NCBI GenBank assembly: GCA_951406725.2
Contig: OX597823.1
Location: 23,250,001-23,314,000 of the forward strand
Direction: 5' to 3'
From: Octopus vulgaris
Taxonomy: Eukaryota
Length of the DNA stretch: 64,000 nucleotides
Position 1 is the stretch's first letter, and each line of letters begins with the position of its first letter. The notes beneath the pieces are model-generated. The model was given only the letters and a program-made list of their open reading frames with translations, was not told where the DNA came from and searched no databases. This document shows positions 39,460 to 52,436 of the stretch, piece after piece. Made by a program: the position numbers and the translations under genes.

Positions 39460-40606
39460 TATATGCAGAGAACAACTTCTGCCACATTCCAGGGAAAAAA
39501 ACTAGAAGTAGTTGATAGCTTCCATTACCTAGGTGACCAAGTCAGTAGCGGGGGTGGATGCACTGAAAGTGTAGCTGTTAGAATAAGAATAGCGTGGGCA
39601 AAGTTCAGAGAGCTCTTACCTTTGCTGGTGACAAGAGGCCTCTCGCTCCGAGTAAAAGATAGAGTGTGTGACATATGTGTACGAACAGCCATGCTACATG
39701 GCAGTGAAACATGGGCTGTGACTGTTGAGGACATGCGTAAGCTTGCAAGGAATGAAGCCAGTATGCTCCGCTGGATGCGTAATGTCAGTGTGCATACTTG
39801 ACAGAGTGTAAGTATCTTGAGAGAAAAGTTGGACCTAAGAAACATCAGATATGGTGTGTTGGTATGGTCATGTGGTGAGAATGGATGAGGATAGCTGTGT
39901 GAAAAAGTGCCACACCCTAGTGGTTGAGGGAACCTGTGGAAGAAGTAGACCCAGGTAGACCTGGGATAAGGTTGTGAAGCATGACCTTCGAACATTAGGC
40001 CTCACTGAGGCAATGACTAGTGACCGAGACCTTTGGAAATATGCTGTGCTTGAGAAGACCCGGCAAGCCAAGTGAGACCATAACTTATGGCCTATGCCAG
40101 TGAGGTAACCAGCCCACTTATGCATACCTTTCCTTCACTGGACACTAAATTCTGCTTACGAAGACCTGTTGAAGCAAGTGAAATTGAAATCAAATTCGAT
40201 GACTGGCATCCATGCTAGTTAACAGCACCATCCAAGCGTGATCGTTGTCAGAGCAGCTGACTGGCTTTGTGCTAGTAGTATGTAAAAAGCACCATTTGAG
40301 TGTGATCATTACCAGCATCGCCTTACTGGCACATGAAAAAATATTCGAGCGATGTCGTTGCCAGTGCCATTGGACTGGCTCAGGTGGCATGTAAAAAACA
40401 CCATTTGAGTGTGGCCGTTGCTAGTACCACCTGACTAGCCCTCGTGCCGATGGCACATAAAAGTAGTGGTTGGCGTTAGGAAGGGCATCCAGCTGTAGAA
40501 ACTCTGCCAGGTCAGATCAGAGCCTGGTGCAGGCATCTGGTCCACCAGTCCTCAGTCAAATCGTCCAACCTATGCCAGCATGGAAAGCAGATGTTAAACG
40601 ATGATG

Positions 40607-40638
<32 letters not shown>

Positions 40639-40650
40639 GATGATGATGAT
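39460..40650 (+). mobile_element. RTE-clade LINE, 5'-truncated (RT C-terminus plus family B 3' UTR with (GAT)n tail)
   Basis: LEVVDSFHYLGD...RIRIAWAKFRELLPLL..LSLRVK...MLHGSETW, then W.GHV.RM and G.CGRSRPR motifs, continuing into the family B repeat. More degenerate RTE pieces at ~45380-45720(+) and 53640-54090(-). Confidence 0.9.
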
Positions 40651-41236
40651 ATATATAAAGAAAATGCAGGGTTTAGTTCACTTGTGATCTAAATGAATAG
40701 GTATGCTAGGTAAATGCTATAGTTCGTCAACCATTATGTTCCAAGATCACAGCTAAGGCTAGATCTAGGGATCCGTGTTAGGGTTCTGTTATATTAAATT
40801 AGATGAAAAATCAAAAACATTATTCTCTTGCCTATATTCTTCTAACTACTTTTACTCTTTATTTTTCTATTTTACTCCTTTGTCCTAAAAAATTCACTTA
40901 ACTAAGGGGCCTTCTTAAATTCTAAGTGTGAAACATTTAGTCAGTATCCTCATGAGAGAAAATTCATGTTGAAGATATGAAATTTCCTGCTTGCTGACTA
41001 GTGAATGGATATACATTAACTGATCCTTTTTGGACACAACCAGAACTGTAAAGGAAGACAACTCCATCTTGCTCAGAAGGGTTTTCACTTTCAAGAATTT
41101 CGATTCAAGGGTTTTTTCACAACCCTGACTGATTAACACTATATTCATACCTCCATTAGTAACAAGGTTTCGTGCCAGTGCAGACCTTGAGTCACTGTGT
41201 TGCTTCTGCTAAACATCAATAAAAATAATTATACAC

Positions 41237-41391
41237 AGGCATGGCTGTGTGATAAGAAGCTTGCTTCCGAACCTCATGGTTCCGGGTTCAGTCCCACTGC
41301 ATGGCATCTTGGGCAACTGTCTTCTGCTATAGCCTTAGGCTGACCAAAGCCTTGCAAGTGGATTTGATATATGGAAACTGAAAGAAGCCTG

Positions 41392-41438
<47 letters not shown>

Positions 41439-41439
41439 C

Positions 41440-41531
<92 letters not shown>

Positions 41532-41743
41532 TTGTGTGTTTGTGTTTGTTCCCTCATCATTGCTTGACAACTGATGTTGGTGTGCTTACGTCCCTATGGC
41601 TTAGCAGTTCAGCAAAAGAGACAGACAGAATAAGTACCAGGCTGACAAAGAATAAGTCTAGGGGTCAATTTCTTCAATTAAAAGGTGGTGCTCCAGCATG
41701 GCCACAATCAAAATGACTGAAACAAGTATAAGAATAAAAGAAT
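41237..41743 (+). mobile_element. SINE family A with expanded internal (TA)n
   Basis: Homology to 3286-3663. Confidence 0.85.
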
Positions 41744-41772
41744 ATATGTGTGTGTGTGTATGTGTGTGTATA

Positions 41773-41821
<49 letters not shown>

Positions 41822-42130
41822 TAATCAACATCAAAATAAATATCAAATGGAAATTGTAGTTGTGATACTTGTGCCGGTGGCACGTAAAAAGCACCATCCA
41901 AACGTGGTCGATGCCAGTGCCGCCATGACTGGCTTCTGTGCCGGTGGCACGTAAAAAGCACCCACTACACTCACGGAGTGGTTGGTGTTAGGAAGGGTAT
42001 CCAGCTGTAGAAACACTGCCAGACCAAACTGGAGCCTGGTGCAGCCTCCTGGCTTCCCAGACCCCGGTCGAACCGTCCAACCCATGCTAGCCCAGAAAAC
42101 AGATGTTAAACGATGATGATGATGATGATG

Positions 42131-42172
<42 letters not shown>

Positions 42173-42437
42173 TATGTATCACACATTAACCTCACCAATC
42201 TCCATGTCAGAGCCAGATTAAAATAATTGTTCCTGTCATACAAGCAGTATCATTCATTTCCAATATTCTGCAAGAATATATCTGACCAAGAAGAAATATT
42301 ATCTTGTTTGAAAAGAAGTGATGGTTGGTGACAGGAAGAGCATCCAGCCATAGAAAATCTTCCCCAGTAAACTCCATTCGACCATTCAAATATGGAAAAG
42401 TGGGCATTAAAAGGATGGTGATGATGATGATCTACAT

Positions 42438-42701
42438 CAGTGATTCCCAAACTTTTTTGGGTTGCTGCTCCCTTGATTCTCAGGCCACATTCCTAGGTCC
42501 CATCCCCACTCAACACCACAAACATAGACCACTTTCTGCAGAAAATTCAGAACAACTGTATTTCACAAATAAAATTCTACGTAAGAAACCTATTACTTTC
42601 CCCCTTTTGGCCACCCCATTATCACCCCACTTTTTTTCAATGTATCCCTGTATCTTTCTGCTGCTCTGGTGGGGCAGTACTATCCACTTTGGGAACCACT
42701 G
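42438..42701. mobile_element. hAT (Charlie-like) MITE
   Basis: TIRs CAGTGATTCCCAAA / TTTGGGAACCACTG, with TSD ATCTACAT / ATCTACAC. Confidence 0.8.
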
Positions 42702-42856
42702 ATCTACACCATTGTAAATTCAGTACTAAAAACATCTCTGAGGTGTCCTCTATATTTATTTTGCTTAATGGTTAATCTCAACCTGCTTTTGTACATTAAC
42801 TGTGATATTAACACTAATGAATGATTTTTCTGGTTATTGATTGATATATATATATA

Positions 42857-43248
42857 GGCTGTGTGGTAAGTAGCTTGCTAACTAATGACATGATTCCGGG
42901 TTCAGTCCCACTGCGTGGCATCTTGGGCAAGTGTCTTCTGCTATAGCCCCGGGCCGACCAATGCCTTATGAGTGGATTTGGGAGACAGAAACTGAAAAAA
43001 GCCTGTCGTATATATATATGTATATGTATGTGTGTGTTTGTGTGTCTGTGTTTGTCTCCCTAGCATTGCTTGACAACCGATGCTGGTATGTTTACGTCCC
43101 CGTCACTTAGCAGTTCGGCAAAAGAGACCGATAGAATAAGTACTGGGCTTACAAAGAATAAGTCCCAGGTCGATGTGCTCGACTAAAGGCGGTGCTCCAG
43201 CATGGCCGCAGTCAAAATGACTGAAACAAGTAAAAGAGTAAAGAGAGT
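42857..43248 (+). mobile_element. SINE family A
   Basis: Homology to 3286-3663. Confidence 0.85.
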
Positions 43249-43463
43249 ATATAAAGTAGAGAGCATGTGTGGTGTTGACTGCAGCAAACTAAATGAAAGC
43301 CAGTCAAGATGAACATTGTGATACTTTGGTGACTAAACCCACAAGTTATCTTCAGAAACTGTAAAAATAAATTTGATCTAGAAAAAGGTTATTTTTTTCT
43401 CATGTAGAATTAATGAATTCAAATAGTGTATCATGTATTAAGTAATTTTCTTTCTTGCTCCAG

Positions 43464-43525
43464 TTTTCAAATCAGTACCGCCATATGATGTATATTGGGT
43501 ATTGAGTCATATAGGAAGTGTCTGA
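43464..43525 (+). CDS. PAN-PAN-CCP-GON protein, probable last coding exon 9 (VFKSVPPYDVYWVLSHIGSV*)
   Basis: TTTTCTTTCTTGCTCCAG acceptor, phase 1 is open to TGA at 43523-43525, followed by unique sequence and AATAAA at 43823. No domain homology supports it. Confidence 0.55.
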
Positions 43526-43822
43526 CTCATGAAAAGCATGGTCCTGACTGCACTGAAGTTGATGGGACCTCACTAGGTTGGGACCCCATCCTTCAGTTTA
43601 CAAAGACGGTACTAATACTGTGATGTTAAGAGGACAGATGACTGAATACATAATCATTGGTTTCAATCTAACTATTACTGCAGTCATTATATTGTATGCT
43701 GAGCAATGCATGTAATCCAGTCTACTTAATTTACTCTGTTTATTACACCATTGTGTAACATAGGCAAATGTTTATCCTGATTATTTTTTTTTTCATGTGT
43801 TACAATATATTTGAATTGATAA

Positions 43823-43828
43823 AATAAA
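43823..43828 (+). terminator. Candidate polyadenylation signal of the GON-domain gene
   Basis: AATAAA about 300 nt after the predicted stop, followed by T-rich sequence. Confidence 0.35.
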
Positions 43829-46800
43829 ATATTCTATTATGATGTTCTATTTTAAAATAATTGAGATACTTGAAGATGGAATTGATAGTAATGGGCAAAA
43901 TGTCTTGCAGTATTTAGTAATGTAACTTTAAAATCTAAGCTCCAATCCCATGAAGGTCAACTTTACCTTTCACTCCTCCTGGGTCAATAAAAAAAAGTAT
44001 TAGTCAAATACTAGAACCGGTTAAATCTAATATACCTCTCTCACCCGTTAAATTTGTGTACTTTTGTAAATATAAGCAATCATTATAAAATAATTTAAAC
44101 TGCTTTCTGTCATAAATCTTTCCAGAGCCCTCAAGTAGTGGTGTGAAAACCTGTGAATTCCTGAGACAAAAACATTGTTCCAAGTCTGCTCGTGCACAGT
44201 GAAAAGTACAGAAAATTTTCAAACATAATGTCTTGTGAAATATGAAATAAAAGGCGATGATTTATGATATGAGAAATACCTTCAGCTGATGTCTTTTGAA
44301 ATGTGCAATGCAAAAATTTCATGTCTGATGAAATATTAAAAAGTGAAATTTAATAAAAGCTAAATGTTTTTCAAGAACTGAAAAATGTAAAAATATATTT
44401 TGTGGAATGTAAAATGTTAATGTTATGTGAAATTTTATGAGATGTGAAACATCTGAAGTTGTGTTATAAAATGTTTAATGCAAAAATATGCAAGCTCATG
44501 AATGTAAGAAAATGATGCATTGTGGAATATGATTCATGAGAAGATGTATTGGAAAATGTGATATAACAGCATTGTGAAATATGAAATTGAACAAGATATA
44601 TTTTAATATCTGAAATGCAAGGGATTATATCAAATGAAATGTTACAAGGTGATGTATTGCAGAAATTCTGAAATGATAAATATTGGAGAATGGTGTCTTG
44701 TGAAATGTAAAAGATTTTATTGTGAAATGTTAAATGTTAAAAAACAATGTTGTTGCAAAATATGAAATGTGAGATGGTTTGTCTGTAAAATGTGAAATAT
44801 GAAATGTAATCATACTAACCTCTAAGAAATATCTGATTTATTTTCGAAAAGATTTTGAGGTATTTATGCAGGGACACGTTTTAAATGCAAGTAATAAGGG
44901 TAACTAGAAATGGATCAAGCTTATTTATTAAGGAAAGTGTATAAACACAACCAAGGTACATGAGTTCATAACAATGTCCAAGGTTTGAATATCACATACT
45001 TTGGATGACAACTTCCTCCATAAAAGAAAAAATACCATTCCTGGGGCTCTCCCTGTCATCCACTATACTATGGTGCAGCAATGGCTGCTATCTCCCTCAA
45101 GATTCTTTGCTTGAGTTCTAAAGCTGTGCAGGGTTTCCCAACATACTCTCTTTCTTTCAGATAATCCCATGGGAAATAGTCCAATGGAAAGTTCAGAGAG
45201 TAATTACTTTCATTGGCAACAAAAGGTTTCTCTCTCTGAGTGAAAGGCAGATTGTATGATGCTTGAACATGAACAGTGACATTACAAGATAGTGAGACGT
45301 TTTGGGAAGATGAGTTGTTGGGGAGATTGTGTGCAGGAAGATGAGTTGTTGGGGAGTTGTGTGCAGGGATATATGAGCATGGGTAAGTTTGAAAGAAATG
45401 AAGCTAACAAGTTCTGCAGGTTGTGCACTGCCTGTGAGTGGGTATGTTAGATTGTAAATGTGTTGAAAGAAAAATTGAGCCTAAGAGGCATCAGATGCAG
45501 TGTGAAAGTGAAAAAGACTCCACTGGTATGGTTATATGATGCATATGCATGAAGACAGCTGCATAAAGAAATGCCAATTGTTAAATGTGGATGGAACATA
45601 TGAAAGAAGGAACCCCAAGAAGACATAGGACAAAGTGGTGAAAAACGACCTCCAAAAATTGAGTATCACTGAAGTGACAACAAAGATGATTAGCAATTTG
45701 CTGTGCTTGAGAAGACCCATTCATCTAAGTAAAAACGAGGCTATAAAGTCATGGCACTTTCGTTTCTGCTCCTGCACTCAATCAGTGTCTGAAAAATCTC
45801 TTCCCAACAACTCATCTTCCCAAAATCTCTCTCTTCATATTTGTCCACCATTCACTGCATTCCTCTCACCTCCCCTCTAGCTCTCATTCTCCTCTTGCAC
45901 CACTTCACTTATATTCACCTCCCTGTACCTTGATGGTACAATCTGTCACATCTTCATCACCATCTCCTCTCTCTGCCCTTTTCAGCTGGGGTAGCCATGT
46001 ACCTCCACAACAACAGAACACCTATTTCTGTCCCTCTATCAGACTTTAACTTCTTATCACCTGGCACAAAGCCACCTCCCTCAATACTACTCCCTTTTTC
46101 AGTTAAGGGGTCTTTGTCATGCAAGTTACTTAATGACCTTGCTGGCACTGGTGCCATATAAAAAGTACCCAGTATACTCCATAAAATATTTGGTGTTAGG
46201 AAGAGGATACAGCCATAGAAACCATGCCAAACTAGACAGTAGAACTTGGTGTTGTCCCCCGGTTTACCAGCTCCTATCAAACTTTCCAATCCATACAAGT
46301 ATAGAAAACAAATGTGAAATGGTGATGATAATGATGATGACAGTATGAGAGATCCACTTCAGCTGATTTAGTATGTGTGTGTATGAATATGTATGCATGT
46401 ATGTATGTATGTATGTATGTATGTATGTATGTATGTATGTATGTATGCATGTATGTATGTATGATTACATAGGTATGATTGAATATGCTTGACAAGTGAC
46501 AAACCACATAAGATTCATCTCTAACCCAAAGTACATTAAACTCTTACTCTCACTTGAACACACTGGTTAGTAATGACATAATACGATGTATATAATTATA
46601 TATGGCTATAGAGTTCCCAGGTCTGGTAATGTCATAAATCAGAGTCTCACCAAATAGTTAAACGATATTTCTGCAAATAATTGGACAATCAAAACACATA
46701 AGTGAACTAATTTATAGCAGTGACTTTGCAAGTACCTGCGGCTTGTCATACACGATATAGTGTAGGGGGAATAATTAAATTTTGTTGTATCTTAGGATCA

Positions 46801-47779
46801 ATAATAAATGTATGCACTGATTTCATTTCACTTATTACTATTAAACTAAGTAATCCTTAAACCAATTAACTAATCGATTGTTTAATTAATCGAAGGTTCG
46901 TCAGAGTCCTTTCATCGAATGATTGACAGAATGATTAATCAAACAATTGATTCGTTAATTAGTCAACTAGGTGACTAACAATGATAGCAGGAGCGAAATA
47001 GAACTAGCGCTCGTAAACGAACCTTTCGAAATACAACAAAGTTTGTTTCAACATATAATTTCACATCAAGTCTTACAAAACAAACGTAATAAAAGTATCT
47101 GACATGGCAAAAAAAAAAAAAAAAAGATTAATTCTAAGTCAATGAGTTGCTTCCCTTAGATGAGTTGAGTAATGAATTTCAGGTTTAATTTATGTAGCAA
47201 TAAAGTTTCCAAATAAAGCAAATAATAAAATCAAGATTACTAATCTCTTGGTCGATGGTAAGGGAGAAAAGGGAACAGGAAAAGACGAAGGTTGCGTTTG
47301 AGATATATTGATGACCACAGCAAAGACTCATCTATTAAATTCAAATAGGAAATCGACTGGCTTCATAAATATTCTCGGAATAAAACAATCATCTCCACGC
47401 CTAAAAAAGGATGCGGTTGTCACTATTAGACTGCATTTCATCATAAGTCTGTTCAGTGAAGGCTAATATGGGATAAACAAGAACGTCATTCAAGCATGCA
47501 CATGAATCCAGATTCAGGGTTCTTGCCTAATACATGTGCTGTGAATGTCTGCTTTGAAACTGGCAAGAAGGAATTCTTGTCTCAACCGACTGACAAATAA
47601 GTGTTGGTAGGTTGAAATAAGTTCATTTCTATTGTTTATGTTAGTAATGAAGTGGTGAATAATATGAAATTTTTCAGTATGGCAGAAGACATAGTTGTAG
47701 TAATTTTTTTTATCTCTTTAATTTCAAAATACATCTTGCTATTAGACATGAATTTCATATATTTGTATCATACTTTTAA

Positions 47780-49680
47780 CTTGTTCTTTATTTTATTAAA
47801 TTTTCCACAAGGACAGCACACAAAGAGAAGCTTGCGGGCTGGACACAGACATTAATGGGATGAATGATGATGATACAAGGATGATAAGGATGGGAGAAGA
47901 CGAAAAGCGCCCGCCGACTTTCGCTTCTCTAAAACATTGTTCTTTTTTTCTTTTTTAAGCACAATGAGGCGATAAACCTCTTACATAGTTCAAAATTATT
48001 AAAAAAAAAAAACACACACACACTCACACAAGGCAATAATCCTCTCACTTTTTACATTTTTTAGACTCTTTTTGAGTCCAAACGTCCAACAATTCAAGTT
48101 TCCTGTCCGACCAGGCTCCTCGCTTCATTGAAGCATGTATTCAGTTCTAAGCCGGACCACTTGGCCATATATCTAAAGGAGTCTGCTGGGAAGGAATTCA
48201 TTATCCTGCACAGATCGTTATCCTATATGACCACCGCAACCACCTGCAAAGGCCACTCAGGGTCCTCCGTGCAAGACAGAAGCCCCTCCCACCGGCCCTT
48301 CCTTTCAATTTTTCCAATCTCATTTTGTAATGTTCCTCCCTTATGGAAGAGGACAACAAATTCCTCCTCCAGCGTCTCATCTGCTGGCCACGCTGGCAGC
48401 ATGTCCCAAACCGCTGGCAATGTCCCATTTTTCTTTTTTCTTTTCTTTTTCCTTTGGACCGTGGGAGGTGGTGTTCCTTTGCTGTGTCCAGCAGGTCCTC
48501 CTTTCCTCCCGCAGCCCTCGGGTCCTTTGGTGGGCAACCATTGTTGCCCACCTTTCGCTTTCGTTTTTTCGAGGAGGTTTCCACCTCCTCGACATCCTCC
48601 TCCTTCTCTCCCTCCATTGAGGGAACAGGGAGTGATGCCTCTATTAACTGCTCCAGGACCCTATTTTGGTCCTTGGGGCAGTTTTTCTTGATGTGGCCAG
48701 TTTCTAGGCACAGGTGACACTTGGGGAGAGGGCGTCCTTCGAGCATCCTCAAAAAATCTGGGAAAACCAGACTTTCGGCAGATTGGGTCCATAGGGCCAA
48801 AACAACTTTTGACCCCTCCCAATCAGCCACAGGCAAAATTTTTACATTGAGTAGCTTGGTACTGCTACAACCCAGACCCCGGCGTATAGAGTCCTCTATC
48901 CACTCGAGTTCAATTCCGGGTGGCAAACCGCAGACCCAAGCCCTCATCAACTTCTTCCCACAATAACTGGGAAGGAACATAATTTCATTGCCCTCCAGGG
49001 ACCGGCTTGCAAATTTGCAAGCTTCTTGGGGGGAGTCAAATAGCAACCAGACCGTTGCATATTTGACTCCCCGTGAAATAAATTTAATGGCTGGCATGTA
49101 TTCTGCCAACTCTTTCAGAATTGTGGCTTTCGAGAAGACGGTTATGGTATCGAGCGACTTTGAATAAGTCCTCAATGCCACCATCTTCCTTTCGGGCCCT
49201 TTGAGCCATGTTTGGGAGGTGTCAATTCCCACACTAATAATTCGTTTGCCATTTAAAAAAAAGTTCAAATAAAGTTCACAATAGAGTTTAAAATGAAGAA
49301 AGATACACACAAAAAGAAAGACACAACAGAAGGGAACAAAAAAATAAAAATAGCAGTTCAATAAAGTTTTTGTTTTAAACTAAATGATAGATATGAAGAA
49401 GAGTTCAAATAATGGCAAAGAAAATAATTTTTGGCCGAAAAGGTACTCCTGGCTAATACTTTGTATAATCCACAGAGAATTTTTTCAAAAACAATTTCTC
49501 ACAATTATGTAAGAAACACACACACGTCTCTACCGTGGCAGACAAAAAGCTCCGAATCCAGTAAGGACTCCTTGCTTGTACAAAAAAATAAAACCTACAG
49601 GCAACAAATCCTACTGGACTCAAAGAGCAAAAAGTCTTACCTTACGGTAGAACGTCTTTCAATTCAACTTTCATCCGCTG
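47780..49680 (-). mobile_element. Retroelement-like sequence with ORF1/gag-like CCHC zinc-knuckle ORF (48201-49361) and no detectable RT
   Basis: RRM-like N-terminus, VCGLPPGIELEWI, GRPLPKCHLCLETGHIKKNCP, then an acidic/basic tract with KKRKRK, resembling Tx1/L1-type ORF1. GC-rich relative to the flanks. A-rich 3' end near 47790. Confidence 0.7.
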
Positions 49681-49749
49681 TATGTATGTATGTATGTATG
49701 CATGCATGTATGCATGTATGTATGTACAGTATGTATGTATTCTCATGCA

Positions 49750-50700
49750 TAGAAAAAGAACAGGTTTCTAACCTAGATCCAAGGCTCCTTTATTGGAATT
49801 TCAATATCAACAACAGGGTATTTTTGTATGTATGTATGTATGTGCAGATTTGTATGTATTCTCATACATATCTAGACATGCTCATATATATTTAAATGAT
49901 AAACTTCTGGAAAGTTTTACAGATTTTTACAGATCCAGTGATAGATTGGCTCTGTAGTCATCAAATAACTTTCTCCTTTCTGGTTTTGAGAAGACTAATT
50001 TCTCAAGATTGGTATTTAGGCAGTGTGCTACATATCCCAGGGCCTCAATAATTATGGGTATAAACCTGAATTTGCAATCTGGATAGAGTAACCGCAGATT
50101 TCTCAGTAGTTCAGCATAGGTGTTCTCTTTTTCACTGATCTTCAGCTTTATGTTAACATCCACTGGGCAGCAAATTTCCACAACTATGCACAGTTTTACT
50201 TCCATATCCTAAATCATTATATCAGGTCTGTTGTGCCTACATTGTATTGAGGTCTTCACAGGGACATTCCACCAGCATTCCTTTTTAATATGAGTGACTA
50301 TGGCTTCTACCATATTGTGAGTTCTAATTTCTTTGTCCTTGGGATTATCCTTCCAACAGATTTCATTATAGAGTGTCCTAGCTACAACATCATGTCTCAT
50401 CGATAGATAATACCATGATGACATTTTCAGACAATTGCTTATGATATGAGTGATATCTTCAGTGTGAACTCCACAAAGTCTGCATTGGTTGTCATATTTT
50501 ACTGCTTTTTCTGCATCTCTATCCCTTTTGTGCATCAGGTACTTGGTTGCTATTTCCTGTTCCTGGATTTCAAACACATACGCTTCAAAGTGGGAGGTAG
50601 TAATCCGGCTATTGGTCCATGATAGACTGCTTTGATGATCAGTGTTATTATCATCACGGAACTTTCTACTGACATATCCATGCATAGTCATCTGCATGTA
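49750..50700 (-). mobile_element. R4/Dong-clade non-LTR retrotransposon 3' end (CCHC and REL endonuclease, 3' UTR)
   Basis: CRLCGVHTEDITHIISNC, RHDVVA, HNRPDI, VEICCP, KENTYAEL and IPIIIEALG motifs. Confidence 0.85.
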
Positions 50701-51703
50701 TGTGTATGTATGAATGTATGTATATGTATTATCATCATCCTCATCAATTAACGTCCGTTTTTCTATACTAGTATGGGTTAGACAGTTTGATAGGAGCTGG
50801 CAAGCTGAAGAGCTGTACTAGGCTCCAGTCATCTGTTTTGGCATGGTTTCTACAGCTTGACGCCCTTCCTGATGCCAGATGCATTACAGTGTACTGGGTG
50901 CTTTTTATGTGGTACCAGCACAGGTGCCTTTTATGTGGCCCCAGCACAGTTGCTTTTTACATGGCACCAACATGAGGGCTCTTTACATGGAACCAGCACT
51001 CACAGGGTCACCAAGTAGGTTGCAAGACAAGGACCTCTCAGCTGAGAGAGGGGTTGAAACTGAGAGAAGTTGCCATGTGTCAGGCAAGAGGTTAGAGTAT
51101 GATAGAGGGACAGGGATAGCTGTCATACTTCAGAGAAGATGCTTGGCTACTCCAGTGGGACAGAGAAAGAGAGGGAGTTGGGAGAGAGTAAGAGATAAAG
51201 TTAGAGACAGAGTGAGAGAGTGAGAGTCTACTGACAGAGAACAGTTGGGGAGAGTATAAGCAGTACAGAGGGGATGCTCCATAAGAGTGTGAGGTGAGAT
51301 ATTTAGAGGTAGTAAGTGACGGTGAGAGGAATTGGAGTGCCACTCCATTGGAAGCTGGTATGACATATATATATATAAATTAAATAATGAGGGTAGAAAT
51401 TGATATTAATCAATTAAAACCAGTGGCTTAGCATATTTCATTTTCATTTGTCTTGCTTGTTTTTACATTCTGGCGTTTTACTGAGATTTTTTTCTTGAGA
51501 ACACACTCTTTGTGGTTAGGCAATTTGACATCTATATCTAACATATTAGGAGTTCACTTTGGCAGTCATTCCTCTAAATTTTGTATGTGTGTATATATAT
51601 ATAATAACAAAGGGTAAAATTAATTAATTAAGAAGTAATCAATAATTTCACCAAGTAGAATTCGGCATGAAAAAAGGACCATTTCATGGTACTTAAATAT
51701 TAA

Positions 51704-51743
<40 letters not shown>

Positions 51744-52373
51744 ATGATTGACCACTAAATCCACAAATTTTTTTTTATATTCTCTCTCTGTTTATTTCCT
51801 GGTGTTCCTTTCAGTTGCAGAGCGTAGGCTTGAAATGTAAAAGACTTTCTCACCTTCTCGAGCATCAAACTAATATACCTGTCTTTGTCTTTTGTTTTTC
51901 TGTAAATTTCAGCTATATATATATAATATATCATCATCATCGTTGTTTAACATCTGCTTTTCATGCTAGCATGGGTTGCATGGTTTGACTGAGGACTGGC
52001 GAACCAGAAGGCTGCACCAGGCTCCAAGCTGATCTGGCAACATTTCTACAGCTGGATGCCCTTCCTAATGCCAACCACTCTGAGAGGGTAGTGGTTGCTT
52101 TCACGTGCCACCGGCATGAGGGCCAGTCAGGCAGTACTGGCAACGACCATGCTCAAAAAGTGTTTCTTACATTCCACCTGCACGGGAGCCACTCTGGCGG
52201 CACTGGCAACAAACATGCTCGAACATTGATTTTTTCATGTGCTACCGGCACATGTTCCAGTAAAGTGATGCTGGCAATGATCATGCTCGAATGTATATAT
52301 ATATTGATAAAAATGGTAAGATAACAAAAGAATTAATCTGTAAATATAATATGTGACAATTATTCGGTAGTCA

Positions 52374-52436
52374 AGATAAAACTCTGAGTTTTGGATGCCG
52401 AGGTGGAAATCCACACCACCATCTCTTCAGTTATCT
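52374..52436 (-). ncRNA. Decayed hammerhead motif in a short (TA)n-flanked insert
   Basis: Minus strand reads AGATAA-CTGAAGA-GATG...CATC-caaaa-CTCAGAG-TT-TTATCT. The GAAA box appears lost by CpG decay (cGAAA to cAAAA). Confidence 0.55.

Noticed and set aside
40220-40460. CRISPR-like repeat-spacer pattern (TGGCAC.TAAAAA.CACC repeats, also at 18100-18360 and 54600-54830)
   Set aside because: Degenerate internal subrepeats of the RTE-associated 3' UTR with related spacers, in a eukaryotic context with no cas genes.
49755-49830. snRNA-like hairpin
   Set aside because: It lies directly 3' of the R4/Dong ORF on the minus strand and is better explained as that element's 3' UTR. No convincing snRNA match.
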